Positions 21,537-31,809 of a stretch of DNA of 62,742 bases are shown one piece after another (the stretch's first letter is position 1; the number at the start of each line of letters is the position of its first letter). Under the pieces are notes generated by a model that saw only the letters and a program-made list of their open reading frames with translations, did no database searches and was not told the DNA's origin. This DNA is from an uncultured Enterobacteriaceae bacterium. GTDB taxonomy: Bacteria > Pseudomonadota > Gammaproteobacteria > Burkholderiales > SG8-39. Made by a program: the position numbers and the translations under genes. The stretch covers positions 1 to 62,742 of the forward strand of contig CAZRMO010000004.1 of assembly GCA_964601155.1 (NCBI GenBank), read 5' to 3'.

Positions 21537-22628
21537 CTAGGTTGCCGCCAGATGGACGGGTATCCGCTTGGAACCGAATTGCTGCTTGATGTCGAACGCC
21601 TGATAACGTCCGGCGACGGTGCCGCCGCATTCGCAGCAATGCCCGTCGGCGCTGACGCGGTAGTCGAGAAGCTGGTACCAGTCGCGCACGATCAGCGCCT
21701 TGCCGCAATGCGGGCAGAAGGTGGTGCCGCCTTCGGTGTCGTGTACATTGCCGGTATAGACGTAATGCAGCCCGCGCGCAAGCGCGATGCGGCGCGCCCG
21801 CGTCAGCGTGTTCGCCGGCGTGTCCGGAATATCGCTCATTTTCCAGTCCGGATGGAAGGCGGAAAAATGCAGCGGCACCTCCGTTCCCAGTTCCTGCGCG
21901 ATCCAGGCGGCGAGCGCTTCGATTTCGGCGTCGCTGTCGTTCTTGCCCGGGATCAGCAGCGTGGTGATTTCCAGCCAAACACTGGTCTCGTGCTTGATGT
22001 ATTTCAGCGTATCGAGCACCGGCGTGAGATGGGCGCCGGTCAATTTGACGTAGAAGTCGTCGGTGAAGGCTTTGAGATCGACATTGGCCGCGTCCATCTT
22101 GGCATAGAACTCGCGCCGCGGCGCATCGTGCATATAACCCGCGGTCACCGCCACCGTCTGCACACCGACGGCATGGCAGGCGTCGGCCACGTCCATGGCG
22201 TATTCGGCGAAAATCACCGGATCGTTGTAGGTGAAGGCCACGCTTTTGCAGCCCAGCCTTTGCGCCGCCTGCGCGATCGCTTCCGGGCTGGCCGCGTCGG
22301 CCAAGCTGTCCATGTCGCGCGATTTCGAGATGTCCCAGTTCTGGCAGAATTTGCACGCGAGGTTGCAGCCGGCGGTGCCGAAGGAGAGCACGCTGGTTCC
22401 TGGATAGAACTGGTTGAGCGGTTTTTTCTCGATCGGATCGACGCAATAGCCGGAGGAGCGGCCATAAGTGGTGAGCAGCATCTGATCGCCCTCGCGCATG
22501 CGCACGAAACAGAGCCCCCGTTGCCCGTCGTGCAGGCGACAGTCGCGCGGGCATAGATCGCACTGCATCCTGCCGTCAGGCAGCAGATGCCACCAGCGCG
22601 CAGGATATTTGCTTTCGGCTACGCTCAT
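21537..22628 (-). CDS. amrS: AmmeMemoRadiSam system radical SAM enzyme
   Basis: CDLCPRDC, DPIEKKPL, GCNLACKFCQNWDIS (CxxxCxxC), AFTYNDP, YVYTGNV, C-terminal CPHC/CCEC. Confidence 0.9.
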   Translation of the reverse strand: MSVAESKYPARWWHLLPDGRMQCDLCPRDCRLHDGQRGLCFVRMREGDQMLLTTYGRSSGYCVDPIEKKPLNQFYPGTSVLSFGTAGCNLACKFCQNWDISKSRDMDSLADAASPEAIAQAAQRLGCKSVAFTYNDPVIFAEYAMDVADACHAVGVQTVAVTAGYMHDAPRREFYAKMDAANVDLKAFTDDFYVKLTGAHLTPVLDTLKYIKHETSVWLEITTLLIPGKNDSDAEIEALAAWIAQELGTEVPLHFSAFHPDWKMSDIPDTPANTLTRARRIALARGLHYVYTGNVHDTEGGTTFCPHCGKALIVRDWYQLLDYRVSADGHCCECGGTVAGRYQAFDIKQQFGSKRIPVHLAAT

Positions 22629-23995
22629 GCGGCTTCCTCTCCTCGATCTTCCTTCCACTTGAGCACACGGTAGCGCTGGATGCGGCACTTGGCTGTGCTC
22701 AGCTGCGGCGAAAGACCGGCTTTGCGCTTGAGTTCGGCGACGAACTGCTCCGGATCGGGCAGCCCTTCCCAAACCTGTGGCAGGAACGTGCCGCGCGCGC
22801 CGCCGCATTCCAGGATCAGACCGTCTTCGCCGGGCCGCAGCTGAGCGAGCAAGTCGGCGTGATCGGCAAACGCGAGCACTTTGGGCGTCGACAACAGCGA
22901 CACCTCGATGCGCGTGGCGGCGAGTTCTTCGCGCGCGAGCGGCACGAAACGCGGGTCCGACAGCGCCGCGGCGCGGGCATTGCGGCTTACGTCCTCGCCC
23001 AGCGGACGCTGCGCTTCCAGGCTGCCGATGCAGCCGCGCAGCCTGCCGTTTTGGGTCAGCGTGACGAAGCTCGCGCGCAGCGGCTTGAGCCAGGTCTCGT
23101 CTGGCAGGGGCTGGGGCTCGGCAACCCCCAGCGCAGCCTCGATGCTGTTTCTCGCGATGCCCAGCAAGCTACGCCCATGTGCTGCCGTAAAATGCGGCGC
23201 ACCGTCCCAAAATGCGAACGAGCCGTAGCCGACCACGCGACCGCGACCGCCGGCGGTATCGCCGGAATTTCGCAGATCGAGCAGTTCCACATTCAAGCCG
23301 CGATGCCTCGCCGCGAGGAGCAGTCCGGCGACCGGGGTCGCACCACAGGCCTGCTCATGGTCGATAGCAGTGGAGAAATCGAGTATCGCCCGGGCGGTCC
23401 CCTGGTCGATCGTGCGGGCCTCGTCGTAGCCGTGGTAGTGAGACAGGTCCGAACTGACGACGATCAGCGTCTCCTCGCCGCCCCAGAGCTTCTCAATGAC
23501 CTCGGCCACTTCAGACGGCGTGGCCGCCCCCACTGCCAGCGGCACCAGGCTGAATTCCCCCAGCACCCGCTGCAGAAACGGCAGTTGCACCTCCAAGGCG
23601 TGCTCTTCCGCATGGACCGCACTACTCACCACGACCTGCGGCAATCCCGCAAGCGACTCGACTGCCTCGCGGTCTATCGGCACTTGGCCCAGCGGCGTAG
23701 CAAACGCGGATGCATCCGGCAGCGCAAGACCGCGCACGGGCACGCGGTGGCAGGGACCCAGCAGCACCACGCGGCGCACGATCCCGCGCGCAGGGCGCAG
23801 CCTATCGTAAGCTTCGGCGGCGACGGCGCCCGAATAGACGTAGCCCGCGTGCGGCACGATCAGCGCCTTGGGAAAACCCGGAACGAGGCCGCCGCCTGCG
23901 CTGTGCCCGAGCAAGCTGTCCACTTCCCCGGCCAATTCGCGTGGAGCGGCGGGATAGAACATGCCGGCGACGGCAGCAGGACGAAGCGGAACCAT
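22625..23995 (-). CDS. AmmeMemoRadiSam protein B (Memo) fused to protein A (AMMECR1)
   Basis: Memo half: RPAAVAGMFYP, PHAGYVYSG, EHALEVQLPFLQ, SSDLSHY. AMMECR1 half: SFVTL, LRGCIGS, DPRF, TFLPQVW. Confidence 0.9.
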   Translation of the reverse strand: MVPLRPAAVAGMFYPAAPRELAGEVDSLLGHSAGGGLVPGFPKALIVPHAGYVYSGAVAAEAYDRLRPARGIVRRVVLLGPCHRVPVRGLALPDASAFATPLGQVPIDREAVESLAGLPQVVVSSAVHAEEHALEVQLPFLQRVLGEFSLVPLAVGAATPSEVAEVIEKLWGGEETLIVVSSDLSHYHGYDEARTIDQGTARAILDFSTAIDHEQACGATPVAGLLLAARHRGLNVELLDLRNSGDTAGGRGRVVGYGSFAFWDGAPHFTAAHGRSLLGIARNSIEAALGVAEPQPLPDETWLKPLRASFVTLTQNGRLRGCIGSLEAQRPLGEDVSRNARAAALSDPRFVPLAREELAATRIEVSLLSTPKVLAFADHADLLAQLRPGEDGLILECGGARGTFLPQVWEGLPDPEQFVAELKRKAGLSPQLSTAKCRIQRYRVLKWKEDRGEEAA

Positions 23996-24066
23996 GAATT
24001 GAATATGGGGGCGGTTTCAATTCATTCTAGACCCGCCGGTGGCAGGGTCAAGCCCGGTGGCGCAGT

Positions 24067-24561
24067 TCAGCTGCTTTCCAGCAACTCCAGCAAAGTCTGC
24101 AGCGCGAATGCCACCGACTGGCGCCGCACGCTTTCGCGGTCCCCCTTGAATTGCCGCGTTTGCGCGATTGGCGACGCGTCTTTGCGCGACCAGGCAAAGC
24201 ACACCGTACCCACCGGCTTTTCCGGGGAGCCGCCGCTGGGACCGGCGATGCCGGTGATCGCCAGCGCCACTTGCGCGCGGCTGTGGACTAGCGCGCCCGC
24301 CGCCATTTCGCACGCCGTCTGCTCGCTTACCGCCCCGTGCCTGGCCAGGGTGTCGGCGCTTACCCCGAGCATCTCCTGCTTGGCGGCGTTCGAATAGCTG
24401 ACGAAACCGCGATCGAACCAGTCCGAACTGCCGGCGATGGCCGTGAGCGCCTGGGCGACCCAGCCGCCGGTGCAGGATTCGGCGGTGGCGAGCATCAAGC
24501 CTTGCGCCTTCAGCTTTGCGCCGATGCGCGTCGCCAATGCAGTGAGCGTGTCAGAGGGCAT
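24067..24561 (-). CDS. CinA C-terminal domain protein / NMN deamidase (PncC-like)
   Basis: ATAESCTGG, GSSDWF, SYSNAAK, GAVSE, ITGIAGPSGG..KPVGTV. Confidence 0.9.
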   Translation of the reverse strand: MPSDTLTALATRIGAKLKAQGLMLATAESCTGGWVAQALTAIAGSSDWFDRGFVSYSNAAKQEMLGVSADTLARHGAVSEQTACEMAAGALVHSRAQVALAITGIAGPSGGSPEKPVGTVCFAWSRKDASPIAQTRQFKGDRESVRRQSVAFALQTLLELLESS

Positions 24562-24567
24562 CGGGCA

Positions 24568-25074
24568 TCAGCCTAATGCGGCCTTGCATACGGCCATGGC
24601 CAGCAGCGTATAGAACGCCGCGAGAATATCGTCCAACATCACCCCCAGGCCGCCTTTCAGCCGCGCGTCGACCTGGCGTATCGGCGGCGGCTTGAGCACG
24701 TCGAAGAAGCGGAAACCGAAAAACGCAAACGCCTGCCACTGCCAAGCCTGCGGCGTGAGCATCAGCACCAGCTGGAACGCAACGATCTCGTCCCAGTTCA
24801 TGCCGCTATGATCGGCGACGCCCAGGTCGCGCCCGGTGCGCGCGCAGGCCCACACACCGAGTAGGAACATGGCTGCGATGAAGGCGAGCATGCCCAGGGG
24901 CCCATAGGGCGCGAGCCATGCGCTGGCTAACCAATAGACTGGAAAGCCGAGCAACGTACCGACGGTGCCGGGCGCATAGGGGGACAGCCCGGTGCCGAAA
25001 CCGAGCGCGATGAAACGCGCCGGATGCGCGAGCATGAAGCTGGCGCTGGGGTGCAGGATGGGATCAGCTGCCAA
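24568..25074 (-). CDS. pgpA: Phosphatidylglycerophosphatase A
   Basis: GFGTGLSPYAPGTVGT, DEIVA, FRFFDVLKP.PI, GVMLDDILA. Start is uncertain (TTG at 25074 chosen). Confidence 0.9.
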   Translation of the reverse strand: MAADPILHPSASFMLAHPARFIALGFGTGLSPYAPGTVGTLLGFPVYWLASAWLAPYGPLGMLAFIAAMFLLGVWACARTGRDLGVADHSGMNWDEIVAFQLVLMLTPQAWQWQAFAFFGFRFFDVLKPPPIRQVDARLKGGLGVMLDDILAAFYTLLAMAVCKAALG

Positions 25075-26029
25075 AGTGATCAAAACCTTTGCGCGTGATT
25101 TGCATGATCTTCCCGGACGCATCGCATACCGACACCAGCCCCGGTTCGCCCGACGTGACGCTGCCGATGCGCGTCAGCGCAAGGCCCAGTTCGGATGCAA
25201 TCGACTCAATGCGCTTGTGATCGTCCGGCTTGGCGGTAAAAGCAAGCTCGTAGTCGTCGCCGCCGGCAAGCAGACATTCCTGCGCGAGGCGTTCGTCCCC
25301 GCAAGCCTTGATCGCGCGCGATCGCGGCAGCTCGGCAAAACGCAGTTCCACCGCGACGCCGGAGCGTTCGGCGATGTGGCCGAGGTCAGCCACCAGGCCG
25401 TCGGAGACATCGATCGCGCTGCTCGCGATGCCGCGCAGCGCCAAGCCCAGCGCGATGCACGGCACCGGCGTGTGCAAACGAGTGAGACAATGCGCCAGCA
25501 CCGCATCGCTGAGGCGGATACGCCGGTTCAAGTGCGCCAGCGCCAGCGCCGCATCTCCGCCGCAGCCCGACAGCCATACCTCGTCCCCGACTTTGGCCCC
25601 GTCGCGGCGCAACGCGAACGCCTGCGGCACTGCGCCCATCACCGTAATCGAAATATTCCTTGGCCCGCGCGTGGTATCGCCGCCTATCAACTCGACCCCG
25701 AAGGCGTCGGCGAGCCGGAAAAACCCCTGCGTGAATTGCGCCAGCCAGTCCGCGTCGGCTTCGGGCAGCGCCAGCGCAAGCGTGGCATAGCGCGGCGCCG
25801 CGCCCATCGCCGCAAGATCGGAGAGATTCACCGCCAAGGCCTTGTGGCCCAGATCGGCGGGGGCGGCGTCGGAGAAAAAGTGCTTTCCCTCGACCAACAT
25901 GTCCGTGGACACCGCGAACACTGTCCCTGGTTCAGGTGCAATCAAAGCGCAGTCGTCGCCCACGCCCAGCAGCGCGCGCCGCACCGGGCGGGTGAAATAA
26001 CTGCGGATGATCTCGAATTCGGAGACCAA
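25064..26029 (-). CDS. thiL: Thiamine-monophosphate kinase
   Basis: EFEII, GVGDDCA, NLSDLAAMGA, LIGGDTT, IDVSDGL, GGDDYEL. Confidence 0.95.
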   Translation of the reverse strand: MVSEFEIIRSYFTRPVRRALLGVGDDCALIAPEPGTVFAVSTDMLVEGKHFFSDAAPADLGHKALAVNLSDLAAMGAAPRYATLALALPEADADWLAQFTQGFFRLADAFGVELIGGDTTRGPRNISITVMGAVPQAFALRRDGAKVGDEVWLSGCGGDAALALAHLNRRIRLSDAVLAHCLTRLHTPVPCIALGLALRGIASSAIDVSDGLVADLGHIAERSGVAVELRFAELPRSRAIKACGDERLAQECLLAGGDDYELAFTAKPDDHKRIESIASELGLALTRIGSVTSGEPGLVSVCDASGKIMQITRKGFDHFGS

Positions 26030-26031
26030 GT

Positions 26032-26484
26032 TCAGGCCGCCGCCTTTCCCCCGCCGGCCTTGCGCGCCTTGACCTCGGCCGGACGCGAGCTGGCGGCAAG
26101 CTTGTCCAGCACGCCATTGACGTACTTGTGGCCATCGGTGCCGCCGTAGGACTTCGCCAGTTCCACCGCCTCGTTGATCACCACCTTGTAGGGCACGTCG
26201 GGCACGTGCGCCAGCTCGTAGGCACCTATCAGCAGCACAGCGCGCTCCACCGGCGAGAGCTCTTGTACGGGCCGATCGAGCAGGGAAGCGAACGCGGCTT
26301 CAAGCTCGGCGGCATCGGCGATGACGCCGTTGAGCAGCTGGGCAAGATACTTCTGGTCGGCCTTGTCGTAGCCCTTGAACTCGGCCAGATGCGTGCGGAT
26401 CTCGTCCGCATGTTCCTCAGCCAGCAGCCATTGGTACAAGCCCTGCAACGCCAGCTCGCGCGCCTTATGCCGTGCGTTTTTCAT
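26032..26484 (-). CDS. nusB: Transcription antitermination factor NusB
   Basis: [42 protein letters not shown]. Confidence 0.95.
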   Translation of the reverse strand: MKNARHKARELALQGLYQWLLAEEHADEIRTHLAEFKGYDKADQKYLAQLLNGVIADAAELEAAFASLLDRPVQELSPVERAVLLIGAYELAHVPDVPYKVVINEAVELAKSYGGTDGHKYVNGVLDKLAASSRPAEVKARKAGGGKAAA

Positions 26485-26935
26485 TCCTGATTTCCCTGGC
26501 CAGATTGGCCATCTCCACCGCCACCTCGGCGCAGTCGCCGCCCTTCTGGCGCACCCGCTCCATGGCCTGTTCCTCGGTGTCGGTCGTGAGTATGCCGTTG
26601 GCAACCGGCATGCCCGCATCGAGTTGCACTTGGGTAATGCCGGCGGCGGACTCGTTGGAGACCACCTCGAAGTGATAGGTATCGCCACGCACCACCGCAC
26701 CCAGCGCGATCAGCGCATCGTAGTGGCCGGTGGCGGCGAGTTGTTGCAGCGCGAGCGGGATCTCCAATGCGCCGGGGACGCTCAGCTGCGTAATGCGTCC
26801 GGGCGCGACGCCTAGCGCCGTCAGGCGCTCGACGCAAGCGGCGAGCAAGGCCGCGCCGATGTCCTCGTTGAAGCGACCGCGCACGACGGCGATGCGCAGC
26901 TCCGCCCCGTTGAGCTCGGGCTTGATCTCCCTCAT
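26465..26935 (-). CDS. ribH: 6,7-dimethyl-8-ribityllumazine synthase
   Basis: [35 protein letters not shown]. Confidence 0.95.
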   Translation of the reverse strand: MREIKPELNGAELRIAVVRGRFNEDIGAALLAACVERLTALGVAPGRITQLSVPGALEIPLALQQLAATGHYDALIALGAVVRGDTYHFEVVSNESAAGITQVQLDAGMPVANGILTTDTEEQAMERVRQKGGDCAEVAVEMANLAREIRNEKRTA

Positions 26936-28071
26936 TGCTCTGCCTTGGGCAGCACGTACTCGGACACTTCCAGGTCCCAGCCCGCCATGCTGGGCATCTT
27001 GCGCGGCGTGGCCATCAGCCGCATTTTGCCCACATCGAGACTGCGCAAGATCTGCGCGCCTATGCCATAGGTCAGAAGCTCCACTTTGGCCGCCGGCCGC
27101 GGCTTGGCCTGGCTGGCGACGCGCTCGGCGAGTTGTAGCGGGCTTTCTGCGCAATTGAGCAGCACCATGACCCCGCTGCCGGCCGCACCGATCGCCGCCA
27201 GCGCGTCGTGCACGCCCCAGGAATGCGTACCCTCCCCGGTATCGAGCAGGTCGAGCACGGACAGCGGTTCGTGCACCCGCACCAGCGTAGGCGTGTCGGC
27301 GTCAATGGCTCCGCGCACCAGCGCCAGGTGGGTTGCGCCGGAGATCTTCTCGCGATAGGCGATCAGGCGAAAGCTGCCATGAGAGGTGGAAATATCGCGC
27401 TCGGCCACGCGCTCGACCAGCGACTCTGTCTGGCTGCGGAAATGGATCAGATCGGCGATGGTGCCGATTTTCAGGCCATGCTCCTTTCCGAACTCGATCA
27501 GATCGGGCAATCTGGCCATGCTGCCGTCGTCTTTCATGATTTCGCAAATCACAGCGGCGGGCGTGAGGCCTGCCAGCGCCGTCAGGTCGCATCCGGCTTC
27601 GGTATGCCCAGCGCGCACCAGCACGCCGCCCGGCTGCGCGGCGATCGGGAATACGTGACCGGGCTGGACGATGTCCTCCGGCTTGGCCCCATGCGCCACT
27701 GCCGTCTGCACGGTGCGGGCGCGATCGTGCGCCGATATGCCGGTGGTGACCCCGGTCGCCGCCTCGATCGAAACCGTAAATGCCGTGCCGTGGGAAGAGC
27801 GATTCTCCTGCGCCATCGGCGCGAGCTCCAACTGGCGGCAGCGTTCTTCGGTCAGCGTGAGACAAATCAGGCCGCGTGCGTGTCGGGCCATGAAGTTAAT
27901 TTGCTCCGGCGTGACGAAATCCGCCGCAAGCAGCAGGTCACCCTCGTTCTCGCGGCTTTCCTCATCCACCAGGATGACCATCTTGCCGGTCTTGATGTCG
28001 GCGATGATTTCCTCGGTGCGGCTGATGCTGACATTCGATTGGTGGTCGAACAGGCGATGAACCGGATTCAT
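26932..28071 (-). CDS. ribB: DHBP synthase fused to a degenerate GTP cyclohydrolase II-like domain (RibBX type)
   Basis: [34 protein letters not shown]. The C-terminal domain has VRVHEPLS instead of RVHSEC and YGIGAQIL. Start is uncertain. Confidence 0.88.
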   Translation of the reverse strand: MNPVHRLFDHQSNVSISRTEEIIADIKTGKMVILVDEESRENEGDLLLAADFVTPEQINFMARHARGLICLTLTEERCRQLELAPMAQENRSSHGTAFTVSIEAATGVTTGISAHDRARTVQTAVAHGAKPEDIVQPGHVFPIAAQPGGVLVRAGHTEAGCDLTALAGLTPAAVICEIMKDDGSMARLPDLIEFGKEHGLKIGTIADLIHFRSQTESLVERVAERDISTSHGSFRLIAYREKISGATHLALVRGAIDADTPTLVRVHEPLSVLDLLDTGEGTHSWGVHDALAAIGAAGSGVMVLLNCAESPLQLAERVASQAKPRPAAKVELLTYGIGAQILRSLDVGKMRLMATPRKMPSMAGWDLEVSEYVLPKAEQ

Positions 28072-28304
28072 TTGACGGCACTCCATTTGGAACCCGCCGA
28101 TTATAAGCGTTTCCCCGTTCGATCGCGGCACCCCGCCGGAACTTGAGCGAGGTCAAACAAAGCGCTGATTTTCCCGTCGCCATGACTTGATATCGGCGCG
28201 GCCGGCACCGCCGATAGCGACGCCGCGATATCCGGCGCTTTGTCCGGCGCCCGGCACTTACGTGCTCGAGCACTGAACAGCTGCAGGCCTGATTTCCGCC
28301 TTCG

Positions 28305-28991
28305 TCAATAGTCCTGGTATGGCTCGCCCAAACCCACGAAGGGCGGCTCCCGACCCACCAGCGCCTCCAGCATGATCAGTTCCGCATCGCTATGGTTCAC
28401 TACCGGCGCAACTTCGATCATCTTGATCGGCATGGCGCCGTGTGCATAGATGTAGCGCGGCGCGTCGTGATGGATGGTGCGCACCGTCTCGCGGGCAGCG
28501 GGCATGTTCCGCGCCTGCAGATCCACCACGCCGTAGCAAGTACAAACGTAGGTGCGCTCCGGCTCGACTTCGATATAAATGCCGGTGCCGCGGATGCCGA
28601 TGGTGGCGGTGGGGGTGGTGATAGTGCACCGCCCGCGACCGAACACGGACAGCAGCTTGCCCGTGACCAGGCGCATCGACGTGATCAGCGCGCGACTGCC
28701 TGCAGTAAGCAGTTCGCTGCTCTCGCGCAGCAGAAACGCGTCCTTGCCGACGACGAACACGGCCAAGCCGCCGGGGGCGGTGACAACGCTGTCTCCGGGT
28801 TTTACCACTGTGCCGGCGCTTGCGGCATTGCCGTCGACCAGCACCTTGCCTTTGAGCATCACCAAGCCGCTGGGCTGCTTGCGCTCGGCCAGCGCATCGC
28901 GCAGCAGCAGGGGCATGGCGGCGGCGCCTAGCAGCGCATGCCTGAGCCACTCTCGCCGCCCGCGCGCAAAAGCGTCGTCGCCTGGTTTCAT
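28305..28991 (-). CDS. Exported protein with twin-arginine-like leader and FecR-like beta domain
   Basis: GRREWL..ALLGAAA leader. GDSVVT, LRESSEL, L.TGKL, ATIGIRGT resemble FecR-domain proteins. Confidence 0.55.
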   Translation of the reverse strand: MKPGDDAFARGRREWLRHALLGAAAMPLLLRDALAERKQPSGLVMLKGKVLVDGNAASAGTVVKPGDSVVTAPGGLAVFVVGKDAFLLRESSELLTAGSRALITSMRLVTGKLLSVFGRGRCTITTPTATIGIRGTGIYIEVEPERTYVCTCYGVVDLQARNMPAARETVRTIHHDAPRYIYAHGAMPIKMIEVAPVVNHSDAELIMLEALVGREPPFVGLGEPYQDY

Positions 28992-29013
28992 TTTTAGTGT
29001 GCGCGGAGTCGGC

Positions 29014-30693
29014 CTATTTCCCGCGCAACTCCCGCCGCAAAATCTTGCCTATGGGCGTCTTCGGCAGACTGTCGCGGAATTCGACGTGCTTCGGAATCTT
29101 GTAGCCGGTAAGCTCCCGCCTGCAGTGCGCGATCACCGAGTCGCTGCTGAGGCCGGGGTCCTTTTTGACGATTACCACCTTCACCGCCTCTCCCGATCTC
29201 TCGTCGGGCACGCCCACCGCGGCGCACTCGAGCACGCCGGGGTGCGTCGCGACCACGCCCTCGATCTCGTTCGGATAGACGTTGAAACCCGACACCAGGA
29301 TCATGTCCTTCTTGCGGTCGGTGATGGTGACATAGCCCTTGGCGTTCATGTAGCCGACGTCGCCAGTCTTGAGCCAGCCGTTTTGCAGCACCTTGGCGGT
29401 TTCCCCGGGCAGCTGCCAGTATCCCTTCATCACCTGCGGACCGCGGATGCAGATTTCGCCGGTGCATTTCTCGATGTCGCCACTGCCAGTCCATATCGGC
29501 AGATCATTGAAATCGTCGTCGCGGATCGAGAACTCGGTGGAAGAAATCGGCAGTCCTATGCTGCCGTTCCACGGCGTGTCCAGTGGATTGATACTTGCCG
29601 CGGGAGAGGTCTCGGTAAGCCCGTAGGCCTCGGTTAGATGGTGGCCGGTCACTTGCTGCCATTTTTCCGCCACCGGCTTCAGCACCGCCGCGCCGCCCCC
29701 GACGACTACCTTCAGGCCCGAGAAATCGAGGTCGCCGAAACCGGGCGTGTTGAGCAGTCCGTTGAACAGCGTGTTCACCCCGGCAAGCACCGACCACTTC
29801 CATTTCCGCAGTTCTTTGACGAATGCAGGCAAATCGCGCGGGTTGGTGATCAGCACGTTGACCAGACCCAGGCTCATGAAATAGAGGGTCGTTGTCAGGC
29901 AAAAGATGTGATACATCGGCAGCGGCGAAATCACGGTTTCCTCGCCTTCCTTGAGTTTGCCGCCGATCCATGCGCCTGCCTGCTCGATGTTCGCGAGGAT
30001 ATTGCGATGCGTCAGCATTGCGCCTTTGGACGAACCGGTGGTGCCGCCGGTGTATTGCAGGAAAGCGATATCCTCTGGGGCGAGCACGACAGGCTTGAGC
30101 TTCGCGCCAGCGCCGCGCGCCAGCGCCGCGCGCAGATCGATCGCACCGTCAATGCGCCAGGCCGGCACCATTTTCTTCAGCCGCTTGACGACAAAGTTAA
30201 CAATCCAGCGCTTGGGCGGAGGCAGCAGGTCGCCGAGCTGCGTGGTGATCACATGCTCCACCTGAGTTTGCCGGATAACCTGTTGCAGCGTAGCGGCGAA
30301 GTTCTCGACGATGACGATCGCTTTTGCGCCGGAGTCCTTCATCTGGTGTTCGAGCTCGCGCGGCGTATACAGCGGATTGACGTTGACCACGATCATGCCG
30401 GCGCGCAGGATGCCGATCAGCGCCACCGGGTACTGCAGCAGGTTGGGGCTCATGATGGCGACGCGCTCGCCCTTGCTCATGCCCGGCAAACCCTGCAGGA
30501 AGGCGGCGAAGTCACGGCTATGCCGATCCAGCTCGCCATAAGTCATGCTGCAGCCGAAGTTGTTGTAGGCCGGCCGTTCGGCGAACTTGCGAAAAATATT
30601 CTCGAACAGCTGTGGAATCGACCCGTAACGGCTGGCGTCGATCTCCGCAGGAACGCCCGCCGGGTATTCCTTCAACCAGATCTTTTCGGTCAC
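29014..30693 (-). CDS. Long-chain-fatty-acid--CoA ligase (FadD-like)
   Basis: LQYTGGTTGSSKG, EAYGLTETSP, GWLKTGD, DRKKDMILVSGFNVYPNEIE, GKILRREL. Confidence 0.93.
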   Translation of the reverse strand: MTEKIWLKEYPAGVPAEIDASRYGSIPQLFENIFRKFAERPAYNNFGCSMTYGELDRHSRDFAAFLQGLPGMSKGERVAIMSPNLLQYPVALIGILRAGMIVVNVNPLYTPRELEHQMKDSGAKAIVIVENFAATLQQVIRQTQVEHVITTQLGDLLPPPKRWIVNFVVKRLKKMVPAWRIDGAIDLRAALARGAGAKLKPVVLAPEDIAFLQYTGGTTGSSKGAMLTHRNILANIEQAGAWIGGKLKEGEETVISPLPMYHIFCLTTTLYFMSLGLVNVLITNPRDLPAFVKELRKWKWSVLAGVNTLFNGLLNTPGFGDLDFSGLKVVVGGGAAVLKPVAEKWQQVTGHHLTEAYGLTETSPAASINPLDTPWNGSIGLPISSTEFSIRDDDFNDLPIWTGSGDIEKCTGEICIRGPQVMKGYWQLPGETAKVLQNGWLKTGDVGYMNAKGYVTITDRKKDMILVSGFNVYPNEIEGVVATHPGVLECAAVGVPDERSGEAVKVVIVKKDPGLSSDSVIAHCRRELTGYKIPKHVEFRDSLPKTPIGKILRRELRGK

Positions 30694-30837
30694 GGCTTTC
30701 TCCCTGCCAGGATGAGTGCGGACACTTTGGTATTAGTTTGCGCCCAATTCAAGATTAGCCAGAAAGCGCTGCGCAGGCAATCGCAGCGCGTCGAGGCGTC
30801 GCCGTTTCGATCATTGCGCTGTCAGCTTAGCACAGCG

Positions 30838-31740
30838 TCATTGTTTCAATGCGCGTTGCAGGAGCACTCGCATCGCCGCGGCGCGCTCCTCGTCGTAACC
30901 GCCGCGCTCCAGTCCCAGGGGTATCGAGCGCAATGCCAATTCGCAGTACAGTCGCAAGGCGTCCGGGCCGGCGCGGGCAAGTTCGGCCAGGTGCTTTTCC
31001 AGCGTACCGATATCACCGCGTGAAAACGTCCCTGCCAGGCCCTGTGCCAGGCCCGAACGCTCGACCGAAGCCGCGGTGCCGCGCAACAGCGGCAGCAGCG
31101 CGCGTATCGTATCCTCGCGCCCGACGCCGAAGCTCTGCCAGAGTTCGACCGCCTCGTTCAGCAGGGTGATGACGAAACCGGCGGCGTAATGCGCGGCCGC
31201 GTGATAGCGCGCGCGGCAACCCGGCGGCAGACGTATGGCGCGGCAGTGCAGCGCCCCGGCCAGCTGTTCCAATTGCGACAGCAAGGGCGCTTCGGCTTCG
31301 ATGGCGATCGTGCAGCCCGGCAGTCCCGCCAGCGCCACTTCCGGATCGGCAAACAGCTGTAGGGGATGAAAGCCGCCAGTCTTTGCGCCGGCGTGCGCCG
31401 CGCTCGCCAGCGCCGCGACCTCGGTGGCACCGCTGCAGTGAACCACAGCTACGTCCTTGCGCCATTTGAGGCTCGCGGCTACTGCGGCTATCGCATCGTC
31501 CGGAACGGTGAGAAAAATCAAGTCGCAGCCATCGACCACATCCTGCGCATCTGCAAGCGCCCGGCACCCCGCAATCCTTGCAGCCAGCTGTCCGGCCGAA
31601 TCCGGGCTGCGGCTGGAAGCGGCGACGACGTGCTGCCTGCTCTGCGCCATGCCCCAGGCCAAGCCCTTGGCGACACGGCCCGCGCCGATGAAGCCGATGC
31701 GCGGCGAAACCTGATCTTGCTGGCGCCTCGGGTTCATCAC
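30838..31740 (-). CDS. Rossmann-fold / DUF2520 domain oxidoreductase
   Basis: IGFIGAGRVA, FLTVPDDAI, HCSGA, FHPLQ.F, YHAAA. Start is uncertain. Confidence 0.8.
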   Translation of the reverse strand: MMNPRRQQDQVSPRIGFIGAGRVAKGLAWGMAQSRQHVVAASSRSPDSAGQLAARIAGCRALADAQDVVDGCDLIFLTVPDDAIAAVAASLKWRKDVAVVHCSGATEVAALASAAHAGAKTGGFHPLQLFADPEVALAGLPGCTIAIEAEAPLLSQLEQLAGALHCRAIRLPPGCRARYHAAAHYAAGFVITLLNEAVELWQSFGVGREDTIRALLPLLRGTAASVERSGLAQGLAGTFSRGDIGTLEKHLAELARAGPDALRLYCELALRSIPLGLERGGYDEERAAAMRVLLQRALKQ

Positions 31741-31809
31741 TCGCGACCGTCCTTACCCCAACTTGCCTTAAGCGCAGGATGCGCAATCACCGACAAACCC
31801 GGCACGGCG

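Noticed and set aside
28072-28304. FMN riboswitch expected upstream of ribB-ribH
   Set aside because: No recognisable conserved FMN aptamer segments on the minus strand.
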